From Batkoa obscura (taxonomy: Eukaryota), in NCBI GenBank assembly GCA_030770535.1, contig JASVEC010000003.1, positions 372,001 through 436,000 on the forward strand: 64,000 bases of DNA, in the 5' to 3' direction. The translations under genes and the position numbers were made by a program. This document shows positions 1-14,797 of this stretch, piece by piece (position 1 is the first letter of the stretch; each line of letters opens with the position of its first letter). The notes below the pieces were generated by a model. The model was given only the letters and a program-made list of their open reading frames with translations, had not been told where the DNA came from and ran no database searches.

Positions 1-417
1 AATCCAAAGTAGTAATAGTTATTCAGCTTATAAAGCTATAAATGGCTAATTATAATGTAGAGAAAGAAATCATCTATTGTTTAATAATACAATAACTTTC
101 AATCATTACTTTATGATCGATTCAACACTTAGTAAATATTGAAATTCGATATACAAATTAACTATTTTAAACTGTATGACTAAGTTTAAAACAAAAGTTA
201 CAATTGGACTTATTTACTATAGTGTTCTAATTGTTTCATGCAAAAAGTGTCTTTTATTTCGAATTAGAAATCCAATTTAACTTTTGAATATTAAGACTTA
301 ATTCACAGAAAATAAAATTGCTTCAAATTCCAAAATTTAATGAAATTGGATTAACCAATAAAAAGAAGCTTGACGTTTGAATTCTAACACCTTGAATTTT
401 GAATTGAAATTTTGAAT

Positions 418-423
418 ACGCGT
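418..423. promoter_or_regulatory. MCB-like element (ACGCGT) in the histone H2A promoter
   Basis: Exact ACGCGT about 200 nt upstream of the H2A ATG in DNA that is otherwise CpG-poor, with CCAAT/ATTGG boxes nearby. MCB-driven G1/S expression is established in fungi; function here is inferred. Confidence 0.45.
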
Positions 424-618
424 TTTCAATCTTAGCGTTTAATTGGCTAATTTCGATTCTAAAATTGAAGTATTTCAATCTCAATCTCAATTTGAATTTT
501 AATTTGATAGTGATTGAACGTTCAAAAAAAGTATAAAAAAGCCAACAATTGACTGATATCAATTATTTTTAAAAATCTACATCAACTTAACTTTTAACTA
601 ACAAACTTAAACTACAAA

Positions 619-1017
619 ATGTCAGGAAAAGGAAAAGCATCACAAACTGCCGAAGTAACTGGACGTTCTCGTTCTGCTAAAGCTGGATTACAATTTCCAG
701 TTGGTCGTCTCCATCGTCATTTAAAAAATGGTAACTATGCTCAACGTATTGCTGCTGGTGCCCCTGTTTACCTTGCTTCTGTGTTAGAATATTTAACTGC
801 TGAAATTCTTGAATTAGCTGGTAATGCTTGCAGAGATAATAAAAAAACTCGTATTACCCCTCGTCATCTTCAACTTGCCATTCGTAATGATGAAGAATTA
901 AATAAATTACTTGGCCATGTTACTATTGCCCAAGGTGGTGTATTACCAAATATCCATGGTGTCCTCCTTCCAGGTACTAAAAAAGGAAAGAAAGATGAAT
1001 CTTCCCAAGATATTTAA
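619..1017 (+). CDS. H2A: Histone H2A (with C-terminal SQ motif)
   Basis: Intronless 132 aa with [40 protein letters not shown] and [11 protein letters not shown]; ends SQDI. Confidence 0.99.
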   Translation: MSGKGKASQTAEVTGRSRSAKAGLQFPVGRLHRHLKNGNYAQRIAAGAPVYLASVLEYLTAEILELAGNACRDNKKTRITPRHLQLAIRNDEELNKLLGHVTIAQGGVLPNIHGVLLPGTKKGKKDESSQDI

Positions 1018-1664
1018 ATTTATAAAGGCTATATTGTATATTTATTAGCAGAATTAAAATTTGATATTATTTAAAATAAAATTAAGATAAAACGAATGAA
1101 GATATTTTTGATATTTTTAATATTTTATTAAGAGCTATTATAAATATAATGAGTGACACTTATAAATCCATTACATGTTAAGATAGATTAAACAGTTAAA
1201 ACAGTTTGTAACTTAATTAAATAGGGTGGCTTTTACTATTGTATTGAAGTTATTTTAGAATTAATTGAATAGTAACTGGAGTAAACGCTATGCAATAGAA
1301 CCTAAATTCCTTGCTTTAATGATACTAATTATCTCTAAATTAACCTTTTCAGTCTGATTATCTCACATTAATAATTGTTTAAGAATACTAAGTCCAAGTT
1401 ATATAAAGGAAAAGAGAAGATGGACGATATAGATGAGTTTTAAAAAATTAGAATTCAAATATAAGCATGAATATAAAAGTTAGGTTTGTAATTTTTAGTA
1501 CTGTTCCTTTTTTATAGGAATTCAATTGGAAAATTTCAAATATTACAACATCAAAATAAGCTAATTTTTTAAATCGTTACCCAATCACAAGACCTTAGTT
1601 AAGTTTGGATTTCAAATAAAATAAATAATGTAATAAGTGCTCCACTTTTATCACATTAATTAGA

Positions 1665-4600
1665 ATGAAGCAAAAGAATCAATTAATACATTGGTATTCG
1701 ATCCAAAATGGACTTAAAGATATTAGAAATTTGAATAGTTTGGAATTGATTGTGAAAAGTAAGTAATTTAAATTATTTTTTTTAATTGAAATAATATCAA
1801 GGAAATCAAGCATTGTAAAAAGAAAAAATCTTACAATCAACTAACATTTTATTAGAAGATCAAGTTATTGTGATTAAGGAATATGATCGAATTTGCTTAT
1901 TAGTTAATAAAAATGAAAAGGTTACATTAAGATTTGAAATGGAAATAATAGGGATGAAAGTTGATGAACAGAATCTTGGGTTATGGATTTATTTGGGAAA
2001 TCAAGAGGTTTACTTTGTAGATTTGGAAGGAGTTATTTTGGAAAATAAACAAGAGATGGAAATTGATTCTAAGACAAAATATTTTTTGTTTATGAAAGTA
2101 AATTTTATTTTCATGTTTTGATTTGATTAAGATTTATTTATCTTTAATAGTTGGATATTCAGAAGATTAAATGTTATCAACAGATAGTAATATTTTGTTT
2201 TAAAGGACAAATTGAGATCTATGAATTTCAAAAGAAAGAGGGGGAATATTTGATAAATTTAAAATTACAATTTCATAATCAATTTCAGAATATTAATAAA
2301 ATTTTAGTCATTGATAAGAATAATAAGGAACTATTCAATTGTTTAAATTTCAGTAATAATAGGTAGCTTATTTGGATTACTTTTTTTTATGAAAATTAAT
2401 TGAGTTTTAGTTTCATGGAATATTTTCTATTATTTACTACTACCTTCGGTACTTTGGCTATGTTTAGTATTGAATGTAAAAATATGAAATGGGATTTATA
2501 TAAGCAAGAAAGAGTATATACGTTTAAGGTAATCTTAATAATTCAATAATAAAATAAAAATATTAATAAAAATACTAATAATACAATAGAATTCAATAAT
2601 AAATTTTCATTTAAAGTATAATCAATTAAAAGATAATATTGAATTGTTATTAATTGAAAAAATGGGTAATTTAATTAGATTGGGAATTAGTCATAATTTA
2701 AAATGTAAATATCAAATTCAAAAACAATGGAACTTGTTAAGTAATAAAGAGGAAGAAATTCAAAGTCATTATTTTATTATGGAAAATACAAAGTTAATTA
2801 TATTAAGTAATTTTAATTGTATTTATTTGGTGGATTTGAGGACATTTGAAAAGTCGTTGGTTTACAATGGTAAATTTTTGAGGATTTGTTAGTGTAATAT
2901 GTTGATTAATGTGTATTTTATATAGATTATTGTAATACTATTGTTCAATTAGTAGTTCCTATTAATAAGGAGTCAAAAACAGATATTAATTTAATAAAAT
3001 TTATTTATCAAAATGGAAAATTAATTGAAAGAAAATGTAACCTTAAAGATAATAATAGAATATTAAACAATAACATCGATAATGAAAAAGATATAAATAA
3101 AATAATACAACAATATCAACAGGAGTATGAAGAGAAGGAAAAAATTGAAATTGAAGAAAAAATTGTTAATAATTATTTAAATAATATTAAACAATCAATG
3201 GAATTTTGTTATATGATTTATAATGATAATAATAATAGTAATTTTCAAGTATTAATTGAACCATTAATTAATGAAGTAAATTTTCAACAAGAATTAAACA
3301 TTAAAGTTCAATTAATTTGTAATATTAATATTAATATACCGTTGGGATGGAAACGTAAGTTATAATTTTTTATTCAATATTCATTAATTTATAGTGTTAA
3401 TTTTTATTTTTATGTTTAGTTTATATCAGTTGTAAACCAAAATTACCCTTTTTAACAACAACGGAGGATAATTTAACACCAATTGAAACAAAAATATATC
3501 ATATTGATAATGAGCTTATTAATGGAAAAAAAATTGAAGTTTTATTTAATATTCAAACTCAACAAATTCTATGTTTGGAATTCAATATTGGATTTTATTA
3601 TTGTTTAAATAAGAAAGAAGAAAAAAAAGAATTTGAAATTGAATTGAAAAATGATAATAGTTTAATTAATGTAATAAATGATTTTTTAATAGCAAAAATC
3701 AATGTTGATTTATTAAATTTTATTATGATTAATAAAAAAGAGATAATAGGATATGGAAATTATTCTAATCAATCTCAATTATTACCAAATAAAAACGAAA
3801 TAAAGAGTTTGGAGAAATGTATAACAAATGAGCAGTTGAAATTTCAAAAAAAAATAGAAGTAAAAGGAATATTGAAATTAATTAGTCTGAGTTTATTAGA
3901 TTTTAAAGTTATAAAGTTAAATTTAAAACAGTTTCTAGCTTTGTTATTGTTTAATGATGAGAATTATGACTTCAATCCAATTACTGGAAGTGAAGTGTAA
4001 GTTATTAATTATTTACTTAAAATATTAATTTTAATTTAATTTAATTATTCTATAATAGTAATTTAGATTCTATTCAGCTGGATTTCTATTTACCAAACAA
4101 TAACAGTAATAATAGTAATCAATTATATTTTCAATTCAACTTGAGAATCGAATTAATTGATTTTAATCAAATCAAAATGGAATTATCTAGTGATGATAGG
4201 AATAATTTATTAATTATAATGATATTATTAATTAAAAGATTAAAATGTAGGCCTTTTAGTTGTGAAATTAAAAGAGAAGAGGATGGTAATTTATAATATT
4301 AATATTAATATTAATATAATTTAATTTAATTTTTTATTAGTATTTTTTAAAAAATGTAATCAATTTGTCAAGGTTCTTAATGAAAGGGAGAGTAAACAAA
4401 ATGAGTTGGAAGTTAATAAAATAAGAATGGAAATTATTAATTTATTACCAGAATTAAGGTTTAAAATGGAGTTAAATGAAGACATAGAGGAGGATAAGAA
4501 AGATAGTAATTGCAATGATAAAGATAAAGATAAAGATAAAAATAATAAGAATGATAAAGATAATAATATAGAAGACAATGATGATAATATTCAAAAAATT

Positions 4601-4702
4601 AATAAAAAAAGGAAGAAGGAAAAAACGAAAAAAGAAAAAAAAGAAAAAAAAGAAAAAAAAGAAAGTAATAATACAAATTCAACGATAATAATACTAGATT
4701 AA
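1665..4702 (+). CDS. Multi-exon divergent protein, candidate FAAP100/FANCB-like (beta-propeller, helix, beta-sandwich)
   Basis: Successive + strand ORF fragments are joined by GT..AG introns from ATG 1665 to stop 4702. The mid-region pattern resembles my recollection of FAAP100 (see findings). The gene is well supported; its identity and exact exon borders are tentative. Confidence 0.55.
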
Positions 4703-4715
4703 ATATTACATTTAT

Positions 4716-7164
4716 TTATTTAAAAAAGGGTAAAATTATATTAAATTCAATTAAAAAAATATCATTATTTAAACAATGTTTGATACTAGAACTAATTAAA
4801 AAAAAGTTAATATATAAAAGTAAACTTAATGAGTAATTTACTTTAAATAATAATGAATCTGATTTGGTAATAATCCATGGGTTAATTTTATAAATATTTC
4901 TTCTTCTTCTATTGTTAGTGGTATATAATTTATTTTATAAAAATATTTTAATAAATTATAATAAATATTCAATCTTTCTTTTGAATTTGGTGGAGTAATT
5001 TCTATTATTTGATCTATTCTACCTATTTAATAAAATAAAAAGTAAAATTAATCAGTTAGTATTATTTATTTATTTATTATTACAAATATTATATTACCTG
5101 GTCTTAATAAAGCATTATCAATTTTATTTAAATAGTTGGTTGTAGCTATTAAAACAAAATTGAAATTTTCATTTAATCCATCCAATTCATTTAATAAACA
5201 AGTTAAGATTCGATTTTGTAAATCTGAAAATTGATCTTCAGAAGAACCTAATAGTAAATAGAAATAAAGTAAAAATAAAAATAAAATAAAAATTATTATT
5301 AGTCATTAAGATAGTATTGTTATTATTATTATTACCTCTTTTAATACTAATTAATTCAATATTCTCTAAAATAATAACATATTTTGAATTCAATTTATCT
5401 TTGAAATGAAACAACTCCTTCAAATTACTTTCCGTTTCGGAAAATTGATTGGAAAATAAATTAGCACTAAAAGTAAAAACAAAAAAACAATAATCCCGTT
5501 AATTTCATACCACATATAAAACTAACAAAATGAAACTTACCAATTAACGAATACAATAGGTAATTGAAACATATCAGCAAATCCTTTAGCTAATAAACTT
5601 TTACCACTATTTGCTGGGCCTGTTATGAGGTATTTATTAAAGGGAGATAATGTAATTATTGTTTGTGGATGTTGATATAATTTTATATAAAAATTCAATT
5701 TTTCTTTAATTTGAAATAAACCGCCTAACTCTTTTAGATCTGTTTTATGAGTTAATAATTGATAATAACTATCACTATTATTGTTGAAAGTGGGTTTTAA
5801 GCTTGGTGTGTTGTTGATATCAATGAGAGTATATGTAAATTGAAAATTGGATTGAATTTTCGTTTTCAATTTTGAATTTATTAAAAATAGAAAAAATAAA
5901 GTTTTATTATTATTAAATTGTAATAATTTATTAATAATAGTTAAACAATCTTTTTTATCTATTAAATTATAATAAATCAATTCATTGATTCCTTTGATTA
6001 TTACGATTTTCTGTTGTTGAATATTATTAGAACTATTGATAATCTTACTGAGTTTTTCACTAATCTCGTTAATATCCAATTCATTTTGTTCACCTTTATT
6101 TTTTTGTATAAGTTTTAATAAATTTATGCTAATTAAACTAATATCGTTTTTTATAGTGCTATTAAGATAATATTTTATATATCTATTTTTGAAATCAGTA
6201 TTATATATAAATAAAATAAAATAATAATAATTTACTTTTGATATTTCGTATAAATACTTTCAGTTTGAATTTCTAATAAACAGTTTCCATTAATATTTGA
6301 TTGTTTTGTTTTATCAATGGTAGTGAAATACCAAGCTAAATAAAATAAATTATTAATAAAATTAAAAAACACAATAAAAGTTTGCTTACTTATTATATCC
6401 ATCATTTCATCTAATTGTTTATTCATTTTAATATCGTCGAATGTTATTTCTAATTTATTTTTATTCTCTATCACTTTAATATCACAATTTTCATTGATTT
6501 TAAAATAAGTAGGAGTATTATTATTATTAAGTTGTATTAAATAATAATAATTATTATTAAAGTATTGTATAGTAATGATACTATTATTGAACCATAATTT
6601 ATTTACAATATTATTAATTATTATTCCTTTATTTTTATATATTAATTTCGTCTCATCTTTTAATAGAACCAGATTGATTACATTTCCTTCATTATTATTT
6701 TCTATGGGTTTATCTAATATTAAAAATTTAATTTAATTTAATTTAATTTAATTTAATTTAATTTAATTTAATTTAATTTAATTTAATTTAATTTAATTTA
6801 ATTTAATTTAATTTAATTTAAATAATAATAAATCACTCCTACCTTCGTTTTTATTAATAATAATTAAACCGATATCCTCCTTATCATTTTTCATATCTTT
6901 AATTAAATGTTTTAACTCCTCATCCACAACTACATCTTTTGTTGAAATAAAACAATTCAATTTTAGTTTCAAATTAAAACTCTTCCAATTTAAATAATAA
7001 TAATAATCTTCGATATTTGTATCCTTATTTTGTATATGATATTCCATAATCAATTGATACAGCTCATTCTTTCTTCCTAGTTGGAGTTCGAACTCATTAT
7101 TGTTATCATTTGATGTTGCTTTATATTCTATTGTTATAGGAAAATCAATTTGTTTTCTATACAT
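4716..7164 (-). CDS. Divergent double-ring-type AAA+ ATPase (CDC48/AFG2/PEX clade-like), D1 degenerate
   Basis: Spliced exons give ELGGLFQIKEKL, Walker A GPANSGKS, a Walker B-position ILENIE, RILTCLLNELDG, sensor 1 IATTN and the second region of homology DNALLRPGRID. The stop was placed at 4716 by hand splicing; the start is uncertain. Confidence 0.8.
6725..6820. repeat. (AATTT)n microsatellite, about 19 units, probably intronic in the AAA ATPase gene
   Basis: Perfect pentanucleotide tandem array seen directly. Confidence 0.95.
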
Positions 7165-7229
7165 TTGAAGTCTATAAAAATAAAGGAGTTTTTTTTAATT
7201 TATGTTCTTTTTTACTTTCTTTTTTAGTA

Positions 7230-9435
7230 ATGAATTATTTGATTTATAAAGTAAATTGGAATCTTTTTTTAATTAAAATGATCAATTTAATTATTATTTC
7301 TATAGGCTTTGTGTAAGCAAACAATAGTTCAGTATAAATTACAAGACGTAAAGTAAGGTATAATGGTTGGATTCTTCCTATTGTTTTAATCAATATATAG
7401 TTTAGATACATTAATAACTCAATTAACTTTACCAATAACCATTGAGAATGATTATTTATTTAAAACGATCTTATTGAAACAATTAAAAGGTAATTAGTAT
7501 AATTCTATTAATTTAATTAACTAATAATTTAGACTTTAACTTACTAAAAATAATAATATTAAGAAAATTGAATTTATTAACCTTGTTTTATAGTTACGTG
7601 ATTAAAGAAGAGGTAAAAAATCAATCATCTACTACTACGAATAATAATAATAAATTAAACGAATATTTTTTAGTGTTATTTTCAAATATTAAAAAAACAA
7701 ATAACATATACAAAGATAGATGAATTAATACAACTAATTTGTTTATTTATTCAAAACTTGTGCAATGAGATAAATAATAGTAAAGATGTAAAATCGAATT
7801 CAATCGAATTTGTATCCTATTGGGAATTTTTTTCACATTCAATTCAAAGTAAAGTCTTATTTTATTTTATTTTATTTTATTTTGTAGTTTATATAATGTT
7901 TATTTTTAGTTACAAATAGTAGTTGTATAGATAGAAATAATAACTCAATAATTCAATTTCAGCTTTTATTATTAAAATTCATTAAATTAATTCAAAAAGA
8001 TACAACTCATTTAATACAGTAAGTTTTAATTGAATGTTCATCATATCCTTTGACTTTATTAATCTCTAACTAGAAAGCAACAATATTATAACACTATCAA
8101 CCATACTTTATTAATATTAAAAGATTTAAACATTTTACAAGTGTCCGATTATGATTATTTTATTAAATTGATAGCTACTAAGGATAGTGTAAATAATGAA
8201 ATAATTAACAATGTAAACAAAAATGATATAAAAGAGAATGAGAGTAGACTAAATATTAATTCAAATGAATACCAATTAGTAAATACAACAATATTAAATA
8301 TTCAATTAAAGTATAAAAAGGAATTAAATGAGGTAATTAAATTTTGATTTATTTTTAATAACATTTTTAATAACAATAATCATTATAGGATAATATTAAT
8401 GAAATGTTTTCATTAATAACAAATGAAAAAGATATAAATTTAATAAATTTAATTAAATTCAAAAATTATTTATATAAAAAGTAAGTCATCACTGTTATCA
8501 ATTAACACTAACTAACGAGATCCTTCCTTATATATTAGCTACAAAATCTCATCTACAAATCAACAAGATCAAATCACTAGTTTGTTAAATCAAATCAATA
8601 ACACAACTAAAACCCCAAATGACCAAATAATAATAAATTTATTCAAATGTAGTTTATTAAATTATCAACAAATTATATTTAATTGTTTACAATCAGCCTT
8701 AAATCAATCTATATTATACAAAGAATATTTAAATCTCATTTTGTTATTGAGAAGGGAGGATAAAAATTTGAATGATAATGAGGAGTTGTTTATGGGGATT
8801 AGAAGGAATTTATTAGTTTATGATTTTAGTAATGTTTATTTAGATCATTATCAAATGTGGTGGAATGTAATCCAATTCTTTTTAAAGGTGAGGTTTATTT
8901 ATTATAGTAATATGCTACTTTTATTTATTTCATTTCTTTAGCATCCCAATTCAACTTGTTATCAATGGAATTTTATTAATTTATGGTTAAATTGTATGTT
9001 TCCAATAATTAAACAATTAGATGAAATTAATAACAGTATAGAAAACATAGAAGATAATAACATACAAAATAGTCGATTACTAACTAATAACCTTGTATTT
9101 CAAAAATTAGTTATTAATCTAATTCAACAATATACAATTAATCTTCAACAATTAATTTCAATTCATTATTTTACTTTATTAAAATTATGTATTTTAAATG
9201 AATTAAATGAACAATTTATAAATCAATTGTTAACTCATTTGTATCAATTGATTATGAAAAACGAAAATAATAATATTGTAAATAGCAATTTATTTAAAAA
9301 ATTAATTATTAATTTAATTCAATTACTGCAAGATAATGGTAAATTTAATAATAATTGTATTTCTACTAACTAATATATAAAAACAAATTAGATGCCTATA
9401 CCTCATGGATTGCAGCATTCAATGAATTAATATAA
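7230..9435 (+). CDS. Multi-exon hypothetical protein (N/I/L/Q-rich, probably alpha-helical)
   Basis: Hand-spliced in-frame exons run from ATG 7230 (MNYLIYK|ALCKQTIV...) through ORF fragments at 8141, 8582 and 8996 to a last exon DAYTSWIAAFNELI*. No family recognised. Confidence 0.65.
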
Positions 9436-9494
9436 AATAAAAACAATAAAACTAAAATAACTTTCATCCCTTTTTTAATATTTATTATATTACT

Positions 9495-10622
9495 TTATAA
9501 TTCCATAATTTTATTAATATTGAAGATATTTTTTTGTGGGAACTTTTCTTGATTTTTGATTACTTTAATAATTTTATCTGTAACAAAATCCGTTGCTAAG
9601 GGTTGTTCAATATTAGAACAGACCAATTGTTTCCCTAATAATAATCCGGCTGCTAAACCAAAGGTTAGTGGTCGATCTTCACTATACATTAAGCCTAAGG
9701 TTAATATTAAGTTAGTTTCTATACTCTTGTTATACTCTTATTGTTATTTTATATTTATATTTTATATTTTGATTTAAGGATCTTATTTTTACCTGGTTGA
9801 ACAATAAATTTTTTAATGAAATCTGTATTTTGATCTAATAAAATCCTTTGTTCACTTGCTTTTTTAGAACTAATATAATCTTTCGTCAATATTTCGGGTA
9901 AAAAATTAGTAGCGGATAAATAAAATAAACTTTGAATATTTTCATGTTTCTTCAATTCTTCCAATAAATTCTTTACTATTTAAAAAAAACATTCATTAAT
10001 ACCCATTATAAATTTAAAATAATTAAAACATTTTAAACATTCTAAACCCTTTGAACTATTAATATTATGATCGTATTACTATTTCCTTACCTGAAACAAA
10101 ATTCATTTCTCTAACTTGATTTCCATTCCTAATTCCCTCTTTCATCACTTTATTCCATTCATTACTTACCATTGGTTTATAATTAAAATCAAAAATAGCA
10201 CCAACAGAATGAATAATAGTATCTTGATTAGATAATAAATGAGAATAACTATTTAGATTCAATAAATCTCCTTTTTGCCAATTCACCTAAGGGGAAAAAT
10301 AGAATAAATAAATTAATAAATAACAAGTAATGAATCAAGCTTAAAGAATCAATTTAAAACTTACTTCATTCATCCAAGCTTCTATTTTACCATTAGTAAT
10401 TTTTGGGAGTCCAGAACGACTAATAAATTTTGTCAATATTTAATTAAATGATTTAAATTTTAGTTTTTTAAATTACCTTAAACTCGTTATTTTTAATCCA
10501 TTTTCAATCCCTTTTTTACAAAGTCTTTGACCTATTTTAATGTCCACTTAATTCTTGTCATCTTATTATAAGATCAACTTACCTAAATATCCATTACCAC
10601 CTAAAATTAATACTTTTTTCAT
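9495..10622 (-). CDS. COQ11: NAD(P)-binding atypical SDR/epimerase, COQ11 (YLR290C)-like
   Basis: Spliced product starts MKKVLILGGNGYLG (GxxGxxG), then SLSRSG, WMNEVNWQKGDLL, IIHSVG, YISSKKASE and PG.MYSEDRP. Confidence 0.75.
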
Positions 10623-11359
10623 TAGATTTTGGGTTTATTTTATTGTTGAATATTAGAAATGTTGAATTCTTCGATTTTTTGATATTAAAATGTTTATTAA
10701 AATGGGATACAAATAAAGTTAATTTGATTGGCTAGGATAAGGATTTAGATTGAAAACAAATCTGGAAGATGGGATAGATTATGGATGTATTTTCGTATCT
10801 TAATAATGTAGTTATTACGTTAATCTTATTTTTGAATATGTTATTGTTTAATTAAAATATACTATATTTAATAAAGAATAATATTTAAAACTAATATAAA
10901 AACTATACTGAAATTAAAATCAAAACTTATTATTTTTTACTTATAAAGACAAGCTTTTATTTCAATAAGCAATATTTAAAATCAATAATAATATGCAAAA
11001 AGTATAAAGGGAACTGTATAATATTAATAAAACACTATTAAATCTTTTGATCCTTTAAACAAAAATTTAATAAAAAACAAATATCAAGCGAGATTGGGAA
11101 ATTAAGATATAAACTTATGGTAAAGGGATTTAAATTTACAAAAAAAATCAATTTCTTGCAAACGAAAGATGATGTTATAATAGTTTGGGACCAAATTTGA
11201 AATATCGATTGCAACACTTATTATAGAAATCTGTAAAAATTTACCATATTTATTAAAAATGCTACAACAAATTCCAATAGTGTGCTTCTCCTTCTATTAA
11301 ATAACTTGTTAATTTTAATTAATCCACATTCACTCAAAAGCCTAACTATAATACCTTAA

Positions 11360-12542
<1,183 letters not shown>

Positions 12543-13541
12543 TATTTTTTCAATTTAAATATATATTCTTTATATTTTTAAAACCCTCGTTTAATTTCAC
12601 TTTCAAATTTCAATTCTAATTTCACTGCCTCCAATTTTATGCCACTTATAAAAAAAAAACTCAAAAATAAATCCGTAATTCACTAAACTTTATCGTTTTC
12701 TTTCTTTCAATTCTTCTGCTAATACTTTTGAATTTATAGGAATTCAGATGGATGGCCAATCTTAGTTTTCCAATACGCTCTCTTTAATTTTTGGTTAAAA
12801 GATACTTCGACTTAGCATCTCTTTCAATTTCATTCTCCTTATTTTTTAATTAAGGATTTCTTTATTTATAAGCCAATCAGTAGCAGACATATTTTTGGAA
12901 ATTGCATGTTTATAAGAAATTTTAGCCAATCACATGCATTAATTTAAGCCTAATCGTTTGGGTTCAATTTAGAAATATATCATTGGTGGAATTGAAGATC
13001 ATTATTGTGGTTTTAAAATACTTGGTTTTTGAAATGATGACTAATATTTAATTTAACTTAAAATAAGTGATAGAAAAAAAATCAAAGAAATCACATTTAT
13101 GTAACATTAAAACTGTCTTAGATGCATCTTTTATTGTTTGTACTATAATGCACTTTACAACTGCTAAAAAAAAATAACAGTTACTATAAGCGCTATTTTT
13201 GTCAATAAAAGTATGTTATTAAGCTTAGCTCTCTGTGGGTAGTATCAATTGAATACTAGTTTCTTTACTACTATTTAATAGTAGTTTAAACAATACTTGA
13301 ACCTCATTAAACTCTCAGTTGCCAGGAAACCCATTATATAGCAAACAAAGATTACTTAAGCTCTAATTTTTCAAAAACTGAGTTTTATAACCCACCTTCC
13401 GCAGCAACATGAACAAATTTTGTTTTAAAATTGAGCACATTATTTTGATTCAAAAAACTTAGAATTCTAAATAAAGTAAATCTAGTTAAATTAGCAACAA
13501 AACATATATAAATGAAGAGCAAGTATCAACTATAAAATTTA

Positions 13542-14797
13542 ATGTGTGGACGTTGTCACTTGCATTTGGTAAATTGATATTATGATATTATGATATTGAT
13601 GAAGGAATGAAATTAACGATAATTAGAGTATAGAAGAGATTGGTAGACAATTGGAAGGTATCAGTTATGACGATGGATTAGAATATAGTAGAGGGTAATA
13701 GAGTTAGTTTTGGGAAACGAATGAGTGCTAATTTTTGCTAGATATAACTTATCTCCTGCAAGAGATTTCCCAGTTATTGTGGATATTGGTCATTGGGATA
13801 TGATTAGTAGAAATATTATGAACAATTCAAAAAGTACCTTACAGAAAGTAAATTCGACGGGATTGATTACTGTGGAAAAAGAGAGAAGCATAGGGAATGG
13901 AATCAAAGTAAAAAAAGAAGAAATTGTAAGTGCAGATCTATTAAACAAAGAGAACAAGCTTCAAGATAATTTAAATGATATGGGAAAAGAAGTTAAACCA
14001 TTTGGAAAGGTTGTTATGATGGTATAAAGTACTATTAATTTAACAGTATAATAGCTAACGGTTAATAGAAATGGGGCTTAAAATTCAATACTGCCAATAA
14101 CAAAAATGACAAGAAAACACCAGTTCCAATAAATGTAAGAGACGACACTTTGACGGATAAAAATAAAACATCATTCAATCATTTAAAACGAAAAAAGAGA
14201 TGCTTAATAATAGTTCAAGGGTAAAATTATTTTATTTTGTTTAATTTTCGCTTACCATTTTTTAGCTTTTATGAATGGAAGCGCAACAACAGTTCCAAAC
14301 TATCAGATAATATACCTTATTATTCAAAATTAAAAGATAGCCCATTATTACTTATAGGTGGTCTATATGACTATTCTTCGGATCCAGATAGTAAGTTTAG
14401 TTCCTTATACATTCTTTTACATTTAACAAAATGATAGAAAAACTACCTACTTTTGCTATGATAACTACTGGAGCTAATCAAAGTTTCTCTAAAATACATC
14501 ATCGTATGCCACTTATCTTTGATCCTATTAAAGATATGGATAAAATGAAGCTGTGGTTAAAACATCCAGAATTTGACGATAAAATTGTTAGGTTAATTAA
14601 ACCATACCATGAAGAGTTGTTAAGGTAGTTAATCTTTTTATACATATAGTAAATATTCAATAAAAGATAGTTACCAGGTTGGAAATAAAGTAAACACTGC
14701 TAAGATTGATTCCCCTGAGTTGATTGAACCTGCAAAAACAAAGAGAGTTAATACGTTAGATTCTTTTTTAGTAAAAAAGCAAAAGAAAACCAAATAA
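13542..14797 (+). CDS. HMCES: SRAP-domain abasic-site cross-linking protein (HMCES/YedK family)
   Basis: Starts MCGR (catalytic Cys2); YNLSP, MKWGL, KRCLIIVQGFYEWK and IHHRMPLI; the C-terminal NTLDSFL resembles a PIP box. Confidence 0.93.

Noticed and set aside
323..562. 79-aa minus-strand ORF divergent from H2A
   Set aside because: No H2B or other histone similarity; it overlies promoter sequence and has a TTG start.
7244..7442. Possible extra 5' exons of the AAA gene overlapping the + strand gene
   Set aside because: The + strand gives a cleaner three-exon in-frame model over the same bases. An overlap cannot be excluded but is unsupported.
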